A DNA stretch of 64,000 bases from the NCBI RefSeq assembly GCF_009914755.1, contig NC_060935.1, one strand, 5' to 3'. Source of the DNA: the human T2T-CHM13v2.0 reference genome, Homo sapiens. Positions 1 to 18,545 of the stretch are shown here, piece by piece; within the stretch, counting starts at the first letter, position 1, and every line of letters starts with the position of its first letter. The translations under genes were made by a program, and so were the position numbers. Below the pieces are notes generated by a model. That model saw only the letters and a program-made list of their open reading frames with translations, did no database searches and was not told the DNA's origin.

Positions 1-119
1 TTGGAAGTCCCAGAGGGTGGTTACAGAAGGCTTCTTAGAGGAAGTTACAACTAATCTGAGGATTGAAGAGAGAATAATAGTGAAAAGAATAAGGCATGAA
101 GAATAAGCTATATTTAGGT

Positions 120-316
120 TGGAAACCTGGCCATTCCTACCTCTTAGCTTGGGTAAAATGTTTAACTTCTCAGCCTCAACTGCCTTATCTATTTAAAAAA
201 ATGAGGCTAATATTATCCCTATTTCAGAGTTGTTAGAATGAAATGAGATAGCATAGCATATGTGAAAGTTTTAGCATAAGGCTTGGCATTAGGAAGACAC
301 CCAGTAAATGTTTATT
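120..316 (+). mobile_element. MIR SINE fragment
   Basis: MIR core-like text: aacttctcagcctca...aaaatgaggctaata...tcagagttgttagaatgaaatgagata...agtaaatgtt. Confidence 0.7.
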
Positions 317-1054
317 TTCTACACTTTTCCAAGCAATAATAGCGTTCTGCATTTTACCGTGTGTACCATGGAATGTGTGATCTGCCTTAACCCAAAAGCC
401 ATGGGATAATTCAGATAGTTTAAAATGAGAGTTTAGATTATTTATTCTAATTTATATTAGTACTAACCCTAATATTGCCTTGGTTATTTTGGGTATTTCA
501 CTTATCTACTTGCCTAACAACTCATTCAGCTATTACTGGGTGTATTTTAGAATAAACATTCCTGGAGGAAAAAGATGTTTGGCTATTTCTCAGAAATAAC
601 GGAGCTTGAAAGGAGCATTTATCAAAACAACTAAAAAAAAATCTCTGTGACTGGTTGCTGGATTAAAGGAAGAAGACATGAATCTACAACATAATAAATT
701 ACTAATTGTTTCTCAAGTTCATGGCCATTTGTAACATTTAAAAATAATTATGTACATTATGATAGAATTACTTTCAGATGTAAGAAACCCCTCTTCTCCA
801 CACCATTTAATTAAACATTAGGTACTGTTGAAACAAATGGATGGAATTGGTTTAGGATAAATGGTTGTACCACTGTTACTGCAAGATGAATACTCATAAG
901 CAAGATTCATAATCTTTCTCATTAAATCTCTTTTCCTCTTATGTGTCATATCTCAGTTCATATCTCAGTTAATATTATCACTATCCTCTAAATTACTCAG
1001 GCTAAAAACTTTGACTTATTTTTGTCTTCTCTTTATATCAAACCAGCTGTTAAA

Positions 1055-1739
1055 TGTGGTAGGCAGAATTCTAAGATGGTCCCCAAGATTCCTGCAACCT
1101 GGTTTAACACTTTCTATATAATTTCTTCCCTTTAAGCGTAGGTGGGACCTATGAATATGATGATGTCACTCTAGCGATTAGGTTACATTATATGGCAAAG
1201 GCAAAGGGATTTCACAGATGGAATTAAGGTCCCTAGTCACTTGATTTTGACTTAATCAAAGTGGATTATCCTAGGTGGGCCTGACCTAATCAGATGAGCC
1301 CTTTAAAACAGGGATTTAGCCTTCCTGAGTCCAGACATTTGGAGTAGCAGATGTACTCTTGCTGGTTCTGAAGAAATAAACTGTAATGTGATCAGAAGAA
1401 AGAGCATGCGGTGAGAATATGAGAGTGACCTCTAGGAGCTAAGAGGTGGTTTCCAGCCAGTAAGTACCAAGAAAAATGGGGAAGTCAGTCATATAACTAC
1501 AAAAAAAAATGAATTCTGCCAACAACCCAATTAAGCTTGGAAGCAGATTCTTCCCTAGTCAAACCTTCAGATAGGAATGTAACCCAACTGAAACCTTTAC
1601 TGCAGCCTTGTGAGACCTGAGCAGACACCTAGCTAAGCCACACCTGAACTCAACCCACAAACTGTGAGATAGCAAATGTATGTTGCTTTAACTGACTACA
1701 CTTGCATTAGCTTGCTATGCAGCATAGAAAACTAACACA
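1055..1739 (+). mobile_element. MaLR solo LTR (MLT1E-like)
   Basis: Starts TGtggtaggcagaattctaagatgg and ends gcatagaaaactaaCA(CA); near-perfect 5-bp TSD ttaaa/ttaag. Confidence 0.85.
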
Positions 1740-1994
1740 TTAAGTTCTCTTCATTCTCCCCTTCCAGTGTCTTTATCTATCCCCTTTTCTCTATTACTAT
1801 GGCCCTCATTTATGTCTTCATGTCTCTCACCTGAACTAATAACTTTCTAACTAGTCTTGTCATTTTCAATTTTTCACTTCTCCAGGAAATCCACTGCCCC
1901 TATATCCACTGTATTCTGTCTTATAGAATGTAGTTTTGATTATATCTCCCCCTTTAAAAATTCTCATTGCTCCCAGTTTTCTCCACTGTCAAGG

Positions 1995-2240
1995 GAGTAT
2001 AGCTTTGTCATTTGGGCTACGAGTTTTTGATTTAGAGAGCTATGGATTTGAATTTAAATTCCAACACTTAACTAACTTTATGAACATGGGCAGTGAATAA
2101 ACATCTTTAAGCCTCAGTTTGTAAAGCAGAGATTATAATTTTCCCTTCCTTATAGGGTTATTGTGAGAATTAAATGAGATAATGCATGTAAAGATTATGT
2201 TACATAGTATGTGCTCAATAAATCATAGCTATTATTGTGG
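1995..2240 (+). mobile_element. MIR SINE
   Basis: aagcctcagtttgtaaa...atagggttattgtgagaattaaatgagataatgcatgtaaag...tgctcaataaat. Confidence 0.8.
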
Positions 2241-3524
2241 TTATTATGTAATTAAATTCAAACTCTTATTCTGGTACTCAAAGTTACTAATGATCCTCAA
2301 TAGCTTTTTCAGCCACATCTCGTACATCTTTATGCAAATCTTGTGGATCAGCCATGACAACCTATCAAAAAACTTGAAGTCCTTGGTTGCATATTATGCA
2401 ATACTTTTTTTGGTCTATTTTCTTCCCTCAAATTAGAGTCCCTCCCAACCCTCCACTCTACACTTATCAAAATTTTGTTACTCTTTTGAGGCCTCCCCTC
2501 TAACTAGGGCTAGCTTTCAGCTAGCACCTGTAAGTATTCCTTTACTGAGTACTTACAACCCAAGTGTGTTCTGCTTTGTTGGAGGCCCATTCTGATTTGT
2601 GGTGCCATATAACTTGTTGGTTTTTCTATCAACCCTACCTACAACCTTCCTTTTCTTTTATCTTTTGACTCAGAATTTATCTTTGTGTTCCTGCAGCAGT
2701 TTTCTTGCCCCTATGCTTAGTATGTCAAACTATGTTTTGAACTCCAACCTGCTCACATAGTTGGGTACCTCCCCATATAAAAAAGGGATCATTTTTTATA
2801 TTCCCAGTTCGCTTGGCACATAATAAGTACTCAAAACCTTGTTGGATGATTAAGAATTAGTTTCACTGACCTCCTTGTCAGTCCTAAGAATGATGGAGCA
2901 AATTTTTGTAATGGATAATAACTACTAATGGTTGACTGGCTTTAGAAACATCTTATTTGGCTTAAATAATTAAATATTCTACATAAGAATGCATCAAAGT
3001 AAACTATGTGTGCTTTATAAAGCACAATAAAATCCATGAAGAATCTAGATGGCCAATTTATTTAAATAAACATATCTCTATCTTTATATATGCTTCTTTG
3101 ACGGAATAATTTCAGATCTTCATTGTTCCAACAAATCTTTTTATTCCAAACAATTGCATTTATTATCCTGCAAAAAGTCTTGAGATACCACCTAGTGTAG
3201 AGGTCTGGAGACCTGAATCCATGTAAAGTAGGAACTGTGTCTTCCCTTTCTCTCTGTTAACATACGCCTGTTGATACATACACTCTGCCTGGCTTCTTCT
3301 TCCATAGCCAGTTGAGGACCATTCTTGCTGGAAAATGTAGACCTCAAATAGAAATTATGCAGCCTTGCCTTCTTTTCATCTGGTAATTATGCATAGATGT
3401 TCCCAAGAAGTATTTGAATGCTGAGGAAATCATTTTGTCTTGAGAAATATAATCTTTTACTTTCTTTTTCTCTCCCCGTCTCCCTCCCTCCCTCCCTGTC
3501 CCCCTCCTTTCTCACTCTCTTTCC

Positions 3525-3842
3525 TTTTGAGGCAGGGTCTCACTCTGTCACGCAGGCTGGAGTGCAGTGGTGCGATCTCAGCTTACTGCAGCCTTGGCCT
3601 CTTGGGCTCACAGCGATCCTTCCACCTCAGCCTCCATAGTAGCTGCAACTACAGGCACACACCACCAAGCCCAGCTAATTTTTATGTTATTTATAGAGAC
3701 AGAGTTTTGCCATGTTACCCATGCTGGTCTCGAACTCCTGGACTCCGGTAATACACCTGCCTCAGCCTCCCAAAGTACAGGTGTGAGCCACTGTGCCCGG
3801 CTCACTGTACAGGATTACAGGTGTGAGCCACTGTGCCCGGCC
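3525..3842 (-). mobile_element. Alu (AluJ-like) with a CT-rich degenerate tail at ~3454-3525
   Basis: Antisense dimeric Alu gagGcagggtctcactctgtc...gagccactgtgcccggcc; internal 26-bp duplication near its 5' end. Confidence 0.95.
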
Positions 3843-4047
3843 AACCTCATTTCTTTCTGAGCAATAGCTTTTTAAAACTTTATTCTTAGAAGATAATAAT
3901 AGCAATGATATCCTTTTGTGTTATTAGTTGTATCCTCCTTTATTTCACTTTATATTTATTTTAAATCGGAGCTAGGCAGACTAGTTTCTTTCATGAATTT
4001 CTTACTTCTTTCTTAGAATTTTAGAGTCCATGAAATACTGTAAATAA

Positions 4048-4076
4048 TGTGTGTGTGTGTGTGTGTGTGTGTGTGT
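4048..4076. repeat. (TG)n microsatellite, ~14 units
   Basis: Direct reading. Confidence 0.98.
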
Positions 4077-4099
4077 CTTTAAAAATGTTCACTTTTTGT

Positions 4100-4380
4100 T
4101 AAACTCAGTGCTAGGTATTTTATGTGCATTTTCTTAGTTAATATTCCCAACAAACCTACATGGTATATACTATTACTTCCTTCATTTTTCCAAGTGAAAA
4201 CAACAAGCTTAGGTTAAGTGATTTTCCTAGGCACTTTCCTTTGCTTTACAAAGGAAAACTCTGAGACTTAAAGAGGTTAAATATCTTGCTCAATGTCACA
4301 CAACTGGTAAGTCTCGCACCTGGGATTCAAACTTATATGTTTCTTGAGTCTATAGTCTGAGCTTTTACCCTCTGTGCTAT
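4100..4380 (-). mobile_element. MIR fragments
   Basis: ggaaaactctgagacttaaagaggttaaatatcttgctcaatgtcacacaactggtaag...gggattcaaac. Confidence 0.75.
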
Positions 4381-4862
4381 AGCTCCTTCCTTTCCTTTGA
4401 AGTTCTTGACATCTGCTTTCTTAACATCTTCAGCACATGCCAGCCTCTGCCCTATATTTTCTTTCTTATTACAAATTCCAAGATGACATGGTAACCATTC
4501 AGTTCTTCCTTGTAAGACAGAAATTGGTCCAAAAATAGCAGTCTCTTTGCTGTATCTGCTATCATTTCAGAGATGATATTGTCAGTAAGGTAAGTAAAAC
4601 AGTTTTTAACTACTTTACTTTGAGCTGCAAAGACTTCTAGTAAATGTTGTGAGAGTTTCCCATGAACATATAGCTTACCTCTGTGCCAGTTTTGTCATAG
4701 AAGCAGTCCATTATATTTAGTACATGAATGTCCCCAAGACTGTGCAGGAAATCAGATCCACACATATTGAATCGTAGACTTAGGCATTATAATGGAGGAC
4801 TCTGTTTCCAGAAGAATAAAGAATCCTTAATTATACCACAACTTTTAGAAAAGACAAAAGTT

Positions 4863-5163
<301 letters not shown>

Positions 5164-5261
5164 TTAATTCAATTTCTTTAATATTAGTTTGTTCCTTTAT
5201 AACCAAGCATCAGTTTGGCGTCTTGACCCCAATGACCTCAGTTGATGGCAAAGGCTCTGCT

Positions 5262-5469
5262 ATTTTTGTTTTCAGACAGGATTTCACTCTGTCACTTATG
5301 CTGGAGTGCAGTGGTATGATCACAGCTCACTGCAGCCTTGACCTCCTGGGTTCAAGTGATCCTCCTACCTCACCTTCCAGGGTAACTGGGACTACAGGCA
5401 TGTGCCACCACCCCAGGCTAATTTTTAATTTTTTGCAGAAACAGGGTCTCACTATGTTGCCCAGGCTGG
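5262..5469 (-). mobile_element. 5'-truncated Alu (AluJ-like)
   Basis: Antisense right arm, linker and part of the left arm. Confidence 0.92.
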
Positions 5470-5748
5470 GATGGGCTACTTTTGACATACCTAATGACCT
5501 CAATCTTGGTTTTAATTGTAATAAGTTTAGGAAAATATATTCTTTATTAGTAGCATTAATATGTTCACCCTTTTATTCCACACTCATATTTTAGAAAATA
5601 ACTACAGAGATATAATAGATACTCATAATTGCATATACACTGTATTAAGGTCAAAGGTGGCTACATTGTTAAAACTAAGCTGTTTTGGCCAACCAATGGC
5701 CAATTTCACCCAATGATAGCTTGAAACATTTTTCAAAAGTTCATGGAT

Positions 5749-5866
5749 AGCTTAATACTTAGGTGGTGGGTTCACAGGTGCAGTAAACCACCATGGCACA
5801 AGTTTACCTGTGTAACAAACCCACACATCCTGCGCATGTATCCTGGAACTTAAATTAAAAATTTTA
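5749..5866 (+). mobile_element. Extremely 5'-truncated L1PA 3' end (~120 bp)
   Basis: aaaccaccatggcaca...tttacctgtgtaacaaac...ggaacttaaa; perfect 14-bp TSD aaaagttcatggat at 5735-5748 and 5867-5880. Confidence 0.92.
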
Positions 5867-6230
5867 AAAAGTTCATGGATGAATGTCCAAATTCAAGTAT
5901 TAAAGTAAATTTAGGAGTATAAATATGTCATTATGAAAACTCAGGGCTGCCAGTATATTTTAAAAATGAATTAATTATCTGTAATTTTTATTTGATTGAA
6001 TAGGCTGTAGCATTCTTCTATAATGATTAACTCTGTTTCTCTCTCACTTTGTCTTAACCCAAATGGTCTTCACTATGCTCCTGGTGACAAGTTTAAGAAT
6101 TCCCATTAAGATTATATCTTATGTATCACTGGGCTTTCCCCCTTCCTTTTATATTTAATCCATTCATTTCCAGAAGAAATTCTCTTTAGTTGTCATATTC
6201 TTCACTGGAATTATACCAAATATTAATAAT

Positions 6231-6333
6231 AACTCATTTATTATTGTTAGCATCAATGGTAGAGTTACCATATAATTTCTTACCTACATCAGAAAATGTG
6301 TGAGAGTGAAAGGGAACACTATTAATTGTTACT
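6231..6333 (+). repeat. 103-bp dispersed duplicate of 8017-8119
   Basis: Manual ungapped alignment gives 7 mismatches in 103 bp. Confidence 0.95.
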
Positions 6334-7509
6334 TTCTTATATTAAAATATCAAATTCACCCTTGTTATCTGTCTTAGGGTCTTTATTTGCAACAAACATA
6401 AATCCACTGAAATTAATTTAAGTAAATGAAGAATTTATTGGAAGGGAATGGGGATGGCTTATTAAACCCTAGGATAAGAAATGAAGCTGAGACTTTTGAG
6501 GATCTGAACCCACCACATGGAAAGCCAAGAGCTTGACGTGTTGCTCTGCTTTTGAGGGGTCATAGATTACTAACTTAGTGATTAAGTCCATGCCTTTTTT
6601 AGGAGCCATAAGTAATGAACCATTCTCAGAATGAATAGATCAAGGATGCCATGAGGTGTCTTTCCATTACCATTATATACCTATTTATTGCTGTCGTAGT
6701 TCATTTTTCACGTTTTCACAAACACCCGTAATTTGCCACGTAAGCATGCTGCCATGTACATAATAGAAGATGAGTAAACATTTGTTGAATGAATAAGTAT
6801 TATAACTCACTTTTAGAATGCTGTCACATTCCTTCTTTTACATGAAGATGTGACAGTGACATTTGTTCCCCCATTGACTGATTATGCACATCAGTATTGC
6901 CCTGGGCAGGATTGATGTGACTGATCTGACACTTTATCTTTGTGTTCCTTGCAGACTTTAATTTTCCACCTAACACATGAAAATCTTAGAAGATCAAATA
7001 ACACTAGTCCAGGATAATTATCTTCAAAAACCATTTGATTGGTTTTCTTTGAAAGTCAGGCTTACTGACTTGAAAAAAAATTTTTTTTAAGTAATTGAGC
7101 AGTTTGAATTAATTAAAAGTCTGAATTAACAAAATCTGCCAGAATAGACTTCATTTAATTTTTTTTTGTAGAAATTACAAAAGTGCCAGGAATTTAATTC
7201 TCTGAGTGACATCCTTGTGGTGAGATTAGGTCAATAAAAAGCTGGAGAAAACAGCCAGAAGTTTCTTCGCACAATTGTTCTATACCAGACCCTCCCTGGC
7301 TCCTGTCTGGGGTTTTTCCCTCCCCTTATTGTTCCTCATCAGAATTGGTCCCTGGGACCCTGGTCTTTGGATCTGCTTTCCTCCCAGCGTCTTAGCAAGT
7401 CATTTCTGATTCCCACCCAAACTCTTCTGCTCCCATTACCAACAATTCCAACTGGATTTCTAGCATCTATCTTTAAATATCTCTTGACATCCCTTTGTGA
7501 AAACATTAA

Positions 7510-8178
<669 letters not shown>

Positions 8179-8280
8179 ATCATTACTGATTATCTGGCTT
8201 CTCTAGGAAAATATTTTGTTTCTGTATTGAGATTCATTTATTTTTCTTCATGTGTTTAAATCTCTTTTTGAGTTTGCTAA

Positions 8281-8837
<557 letters not shown>

Positions 8838-9264
8838 GAAATGCTCTTTAAAAGCGAACAAACGCCATGCCAAAACCTTAGACTTTCAAAACTAAGGAAC
8901 ATTTGACATTTTACAAATACTTGACATGGACACTTTTCTTTTAAAAGTAAGGAATTGATTACCTTGTCAGAAGAAGTTACCTACTTTTTTCTTTATTCAC
9001 AAATAAGTACTAGTTTATGTACATCAGGATGGCATTAAGTCTTTAGGTTTTTTTTTTTTAGAAGCCCCTGTGACGTAGACCAGTATGGACCATAATTCAA
9101 AGTTCTGTAATAGAAACATGCATCCAAAATTGACTAAGTAGTTTTGCCTCTTTTATGTAGCAATTTCTAAATTTTTAAGTTTTGGATAATTCTTTATATA
9201 TACATTATATACATATATATTTATAGAATATCTGAATTGATAATTACCTCACAAACCATCTAAT

Positions 9265-9439
9265 TTGGTGGTTTTCCCCCTTGGCTGCATATCTGAATAT
9301 TTGGAGAGCTTTAAAAAAATACTGTCTTTTCTATCTCCAGAAATTCTAATTTAAGTGGTCTGGGATGGAACCCAGGCATAGACGTTAAAAAAAATGCCTC
9401 AGGTGATTCTCATGAGCAGTCAGGGCTGAGGCGTCTCTG
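9265..9439. mobile_element. MER5A-like hAT-Charlie MITE
   Basis: cttggctgcat...ccagaaattctaatttaagtggtctgggatggaacccaggcat...caggtgattct...cagggctgag. Confidence 0.8.
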
Positions 9440-9898
9440 ATTTAATTCAACCCTGGTGTTTCACATCTGAGAAAATTGAGGCCCCTCTTACTTAGCTGTT
9501 ACTGTGGGTTAACAATCTAAATATCTCTGTGAATCTCTAGATGTTTTTAAAAGGGCTCTGCAAATGTGACATCACCTTCTTTATTTAGAACTGATCATAA
9601 TTTTTATGGCTTCCAACAGATGTCTTGGTTTCTTGAATTATCCTTTCACGTCATGGGGCTTCTAAGGCACTTGCTGCCAAAGGAGCCGGAAGGTATGCCT
9701 CTTTTTCTGTTCTCCAGGTAGTAGAGCATATTTTAGCTTTTTATTTCTTGCCAGTATTCTTGCTTCACTTTCTTCATTTATCTTTTGTGCACTAAAGTTT
9801 GTCTTCTAACACTTTAGATTATGTGGATTACATGCCTGAAGATGTCAAACTTCAAAAATGCTTCTCTTTTGCCTTTATATTTGAATGATAGTTTAGCT

Positions 9899-10106
9899 CA
9901 GGGATCAGCAAATTATGGCCCAAGGGCCAAATGCAATAAGCTGCCTGTCTTTATAAAGTTTTATTAGAACACAACCATGCCCTTTGATTTATATGTTGTC
10001 CACAGCTGCTTTCAGGCACAACAGCAGAATTGAGTAGCTGTGACAGAGATTGTACGAGCTGAAAATATTTACCATCTGGTCCTTTACTTTAAAAGTTTTC
10101 TAACTG
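9899..10106. mobile_element. MER58A-like hAT-Charlie MITE within old L1M sequence
   Basis: cagggatcagcaaattatggcccaagggccaaat...aaagttttattagaacaca...aaaatatttaccatctggtcctttac. Confidence 0.85.
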
Positions 10107-10862
10107 ATTAGCTAATTAAACTCTCTGGACTGCAAGAAATTTGTAAGCATTGCGCCTCTATCTTCTAAAGGTAAATAAAGCTGTAGAGATACCAGAGGTC
10201 AACTTGATTCCCACCTACACTTCCATTACCTACATTAATGACTTGGTCTTTTTGCATGATTAAAGGGTTTTTTCCTTTATCTCTGAAATCTCATAACTTT
10301 TAGGCTAATCTTAGTGTCACTCATTCTTCATCAGTTTTTCTTATCACACTGTACATTTGATTCTTTTTTGTTATTTTTGAATGTTGTTTTGAACACCTAT
10401 AATCCAAGGATGCCAGTTATCTACATTTTCATTTAACTTTGATGGGCTTGTATAGTTCTATCTTTTTGCATATATATTCCTATTGCTTACTTTTTTAGCC
10501 CCGTATTCTGTGTATCTTATAGTATTTTCAGTAATGCCTATTCATCTTTTCCCTGGCTCTTGTATCTCTGCTTTAAGATTGTTAAAAATTCTTAAAATAT
10601 ATGACAATATGCTTGATCATAATTTTGTCTGCCTGGTGACAACATTTTTTTTTTTAAAAAAACAAATGTTCCTTCTTCATCTGCCATTTGTTTTTTCTGT
10701 TTCCTTCCTCCTTTTTTTCTTGCAATATCTTTACATAGTTTGTATACTGGTTTCTTTTTAATCACTGTTTATCTTTCAATGAGATAAGTTCTTTCTGACT
10801 ATTTGCAGGAGATAGGACAGGGTTATGTTTTGAGCTGTAAAGAATTTTCTATGGTTCATAGT

Positions 10863-11492
10863 TGTGGCATAAACTACTAATTGTATCTTTCAACACTCAT
10901 TTTTCCTTTCTTCTAAAACAATAGAAACCAGGTTCTATTCATTGTCACTGTGCTCAGCTATAGCCCTAAAATTCTCAACTTTCCTTGCAGGGGGTTATAG
11001 CCATGTGACTGATCTTCGTCCAAGAATATGTAAAGAAAAAGTGTTGAGTTGGCTTTTAGGTAAGTACCTTAAATGTGAGAGGGAAATGGAGCCTTCTTCC
11101 TCATCTCTGCAGCCTAGAATATGGATTTAATGACCAGAGCTCCAGAAGCCATCTAAAACCATGAGGCGTGCTTGAAGATGGAAGCCATGTACGGAGGGTA
11201 ACAGAGCAGAAAGTTAGGGGCCTGGCTTCCTGATGACACCATGAAGCCACTATACAAATCTTATTCCTCGAAATTTTAAAACAAAAAATAGCTTTTTTGA
11301 GATATAATTTATATATACAGTTCACCCCTTGAAAGTGTACAATCCAATGGTTTTTAGTTTGTTCACAGAGTTGTGCAACCATCACCACAATCAATTTTAG
11401 AACATTTGAAATTCTTTTAAATGAGAGAAAAATAATCATGTTAAAGTTTTTTGGGTTTTTTTGATACGTAGTTGAACTTCATCTTAACTGAT
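10863..11492 (+). mobile_element. Old MaLR LTR (MLT1H/J-like) interrupted by an antisense L1M 3' end at ~11292-11408
   Basis: agccatgtgactga, ccagagctccagaagccatct, gggcctggcttcctgatgacacc, cttaactgata; the insert reads gagatataattt...gttgtgcaaccatcaccacaatc. Confidence 0.65.
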
Positions 11493-12215
11493 ATGGTAAT
11501 AAAGCTTTTTATAACACAGAGTTGTGTTAGTGTGAGTACGTGGGTATGCAAGAGAATCGCTTTGCCTTTATTTTTTCACTGCTTACCAAAAGTGCCAGCT
11601 TGGAGTTCAGGATCTTCCTCTATCCTGCCTCATCTCACCAATAACTTGCTTCCTGTTGAAATGTCATGTCTGTGCGGTTCTGCTTTCAGTCCCAGCTTCC
11701 CTACTTCTCTAAGGTGCCAAACAAGCACCAAAGAAGTTTCCCCTCTAAGCCTGCATGTTCCAGCACCATTGTTTAGACAAGGAATTGGTGGTTGCTGTCC
11801 CACTTCTTAGGAGAGCACATGCTCTGCAGGGTTGTCTGGGCTCTGCATTTTCCGGTGGGTCCTGGCTTTGTCTTCCTCATGGGCCAATTTAATGGGCTCT
11901 TCCCACTGGGCTCTTCCCAGTAGACTCTACATTAGGCAGCCCCTTCCTCATAGCATGCTTCAGATTTACAGTCATTTCCTAGTTTTCTCAAGGATGGAAC
12001 TTGCATTCTGTTTTCCTTCTTCTGCTTGTTGCAGTGTGACTTTGGAGAAGAGAAAGGAGACAGATGTTTTTACTCCACCATTTTAAAACCAGAAGTCTCC
12101 TTGCTTAATTTTAAAATAACTCTTTTTTATTTATTTAGCAGAGGATATATGGTCACCAATCAGTGGTAACTACTATTAACTTTTGGGAGAATATTTTTCC
12201 AAATTTTCTCTCTGT

Positions 12216-12218
<3 letters not shown>

Positions 12219-12267
<49 letters not shown>

Positions 12268-12276
12268 ATCTATCTA
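12219..12276. repeat. (CT)n microsatellite followed by (CTAT)n
   Basis: Direct reading. Confidence 0.97.
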
Positions 12277-12599
12277 TATTAACCTATTTAATTTCTGGAA
12301 AACATGATATAGAATTATTAAATAGTCTACAACTTTGTTTTTAATTGGCCTTTGGCATCTCAGTGTATGAATATACCGTGAGTTATTAACCAGTCCCCTA
12401 GTTTGGGCCACAGGCCACAGGGTTGAAGAGCATTACCTCAACTCTAGTGGTGAGGTTGACATATGAGCTCTAGGCTCTCATATGAACTCTAGGCACAAAA
12501 GGCCACAGACTTTCAAGGACTGGGATACCTGCTCTGCTGGGGGTTCCCAACATCATAAGACCCAATGGCCCTCTCTACTTCCCATTGAAGTCTTTTAAA

Positions 12600-14950
<2,351 letters not shown>

Positions 14951-14965
14951 CTCCAGTGATTTGAG

Positions 14966-16717
<1,752 letters not shown>

Positions 16718-17565
16718 AGAAAACTGACATCTTTATACTGTTCACTTACCTAAACCAAGAACATTTTATTTGATTTTATTTTAGTTTTTCTGGAGTAATT
16801 TACAATTTTTTGTGGAGTCTTTTGGTTGATCTAGAACTAGGAAAAGACTGTCCTAGGCCATAAGTGGTCAGGAAAGAAAAAATACACTAGAAAATGTATC
16901 AAAGATCTGGTAAATATGCTTACATTGTCTCAAAGTTCTTCACAACCACTCTGTGAAGCAGGCATTGTTAGCTACATTTTACAAATGGTTACAATGAGCC
17001 TTAAGTATTAAATAAATAGAAAGTGGTCAATAGTGAAGGCAGGATATAAATTTATGTGCCTGTATGTCACCACTCCATATATTATTTGCAAGAGCATGCC
17101 AGGTAATGGAACATCTAGGGAAGGAAGCATTGATAATAAAGTTTAAAATCTTCAGAATGAGGCTAGAATGGTGGTTAGCTTAGATCCAGTATTAGAACCC
17201 AGTGTTGAGCCTTGTATTTAGTTCTGCACACTTCACTTTTAGAGGGACATGGCTAGGCTTGGATAGCAACAAGATTTCACCCTCTTGTTAACACTACTTG
17301 ATTGATCAGAGCTAGAGAGCTGTGCTGAAATTGATTACAAGACTTCATCTGGGCATATTAGTAAAGTACATAGGGATCAATATGCAATGTTTTCCATGAG
17401 TATGAAGATAGGGAAATGGGGTGTGTCAGCTATCTGTCAGTCAACCTTGGGCTATACAACAAGTCCAAAGGGAAGTGACAAAGATGGGGTGGGAACTTTA
17501 TAAGCATGCCATGGAATGGAAGGTTTGAAATCCAGGATTGGGATGGAAGAAGTTTTGCTAGTTTT

Positions 17566-17592
17566 TTGTTGTTGTTGTTGTTGTTGTTGTTT
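17566..17592. repeat. (GTT)n microsatellite
   Basis: Direct reading. Confidence 0.9.
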
Positions 17593-17939
17593 TTAACGTT
17601 CGAAAAAAAAGTCATGTCAACTTTTTATGTGTGATTCCTGTGGTTAGAACAATGATACTGTGTAGAGTGCCAACTCAGGTTCCATAGAAGGAAGAACTCT
17701 TCTAATAATCAGAGTTGCCTAAATATGGGGGAAAATGGCCTGGCAGCGATCATGCACTTGCTGACTTTTCAGTGTGACATAGACATTGAGAGTTCAGGCT
17801 TTGGGATCATAAGATCATGGGTTACTTGTGTTGAATATATTACAGAAGTCAAATCCCTCCATTATATATACTCCTAACCCTCTAGAGCATGATGTGGGAC
17901 TTATTTTACATTTATTTGTGTGATCCTTTGCTTAAAATA

Positions 17940-18545
17940 CATCTTTCTCAGCACATGAGTACTCTAATGATGGCAGTGACTGTTTTGCTCATAGTACCTG
18001 GCACAGAATAAATGCTCAATAAATGTTTGCTGAATGAATGAATGAATGAATGTAGGTTTGTCACTCTCAGTTGTTCCCTCCTGGGAGCTACTATCAAGCT
18101 TGTGCTTGAGTCACTTGCTTTGATGTGCCAAAATATGTTAACCAATAGGGGCCCCAAGAGACACAGAAGTCACAGAATGGTGACACTCAGGCTTTGTGTC
18201 CCCGATGCCAGTTTCACTCATGGATCAAGGGAGGGATGAGGCAGGGGAGGAGGGATGTTCAGAAGATAAGTGAGGGAGGGGTGGTAATCTCCCGATAGTT
18301 GTTCTTTCAGACTTTGCACTTCCCTTTTAGAAACCTCATCATACTTCTATTAGTTGTTCAATATTGTCTTTTCTATCAGATCCTCCCTGTTCAATTTCTA
18401 ATTTTTCTGTTATGCAGTATGCCCCATGAGGGTAGGGACCATGTTTTCCTTAATTATTTCCGTAACCCGAGCACCTAGAACAGTGCCTGGTGTATAGTAA
18501 GTACTCAATAAATTTTTGTGAGATGAATAAATACATAAATGAAAT
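17940..18545 (+). mobile_element. Two L2 3'-end fragments (~17940-18052 and ~18420-18545)
   Basis: agtacctggcacagaataaatgctcaataaatgtttgctgaatgaatgaatg; agcacctagaacagtgcctgg...tactcaataaat. Confidence 0.8.

Larger units (their letters stand above)
965..2400 (+). mobile_element. Degenerate L2 LINE segment, split by an MLT1 LTR and a MIR
   Basis: Pieces at ~965-1054, ~1740-1980 and ~2250-2400 follow the L2 3' consensus in order (ctcaggctaaaaact, tctctcacctgaacta, ctaactagtct, aaattcaaactc). Confidence 0.55.

Noticed and set aside
947-970. Short tandem micro-duplications (also ~12460-12495, ~16430-16463, ~20858-20888, ~33221-33247 and ~49650-49669)
   Set aside because: Ordinary slippage products of 8-19 bp with no shared motif.
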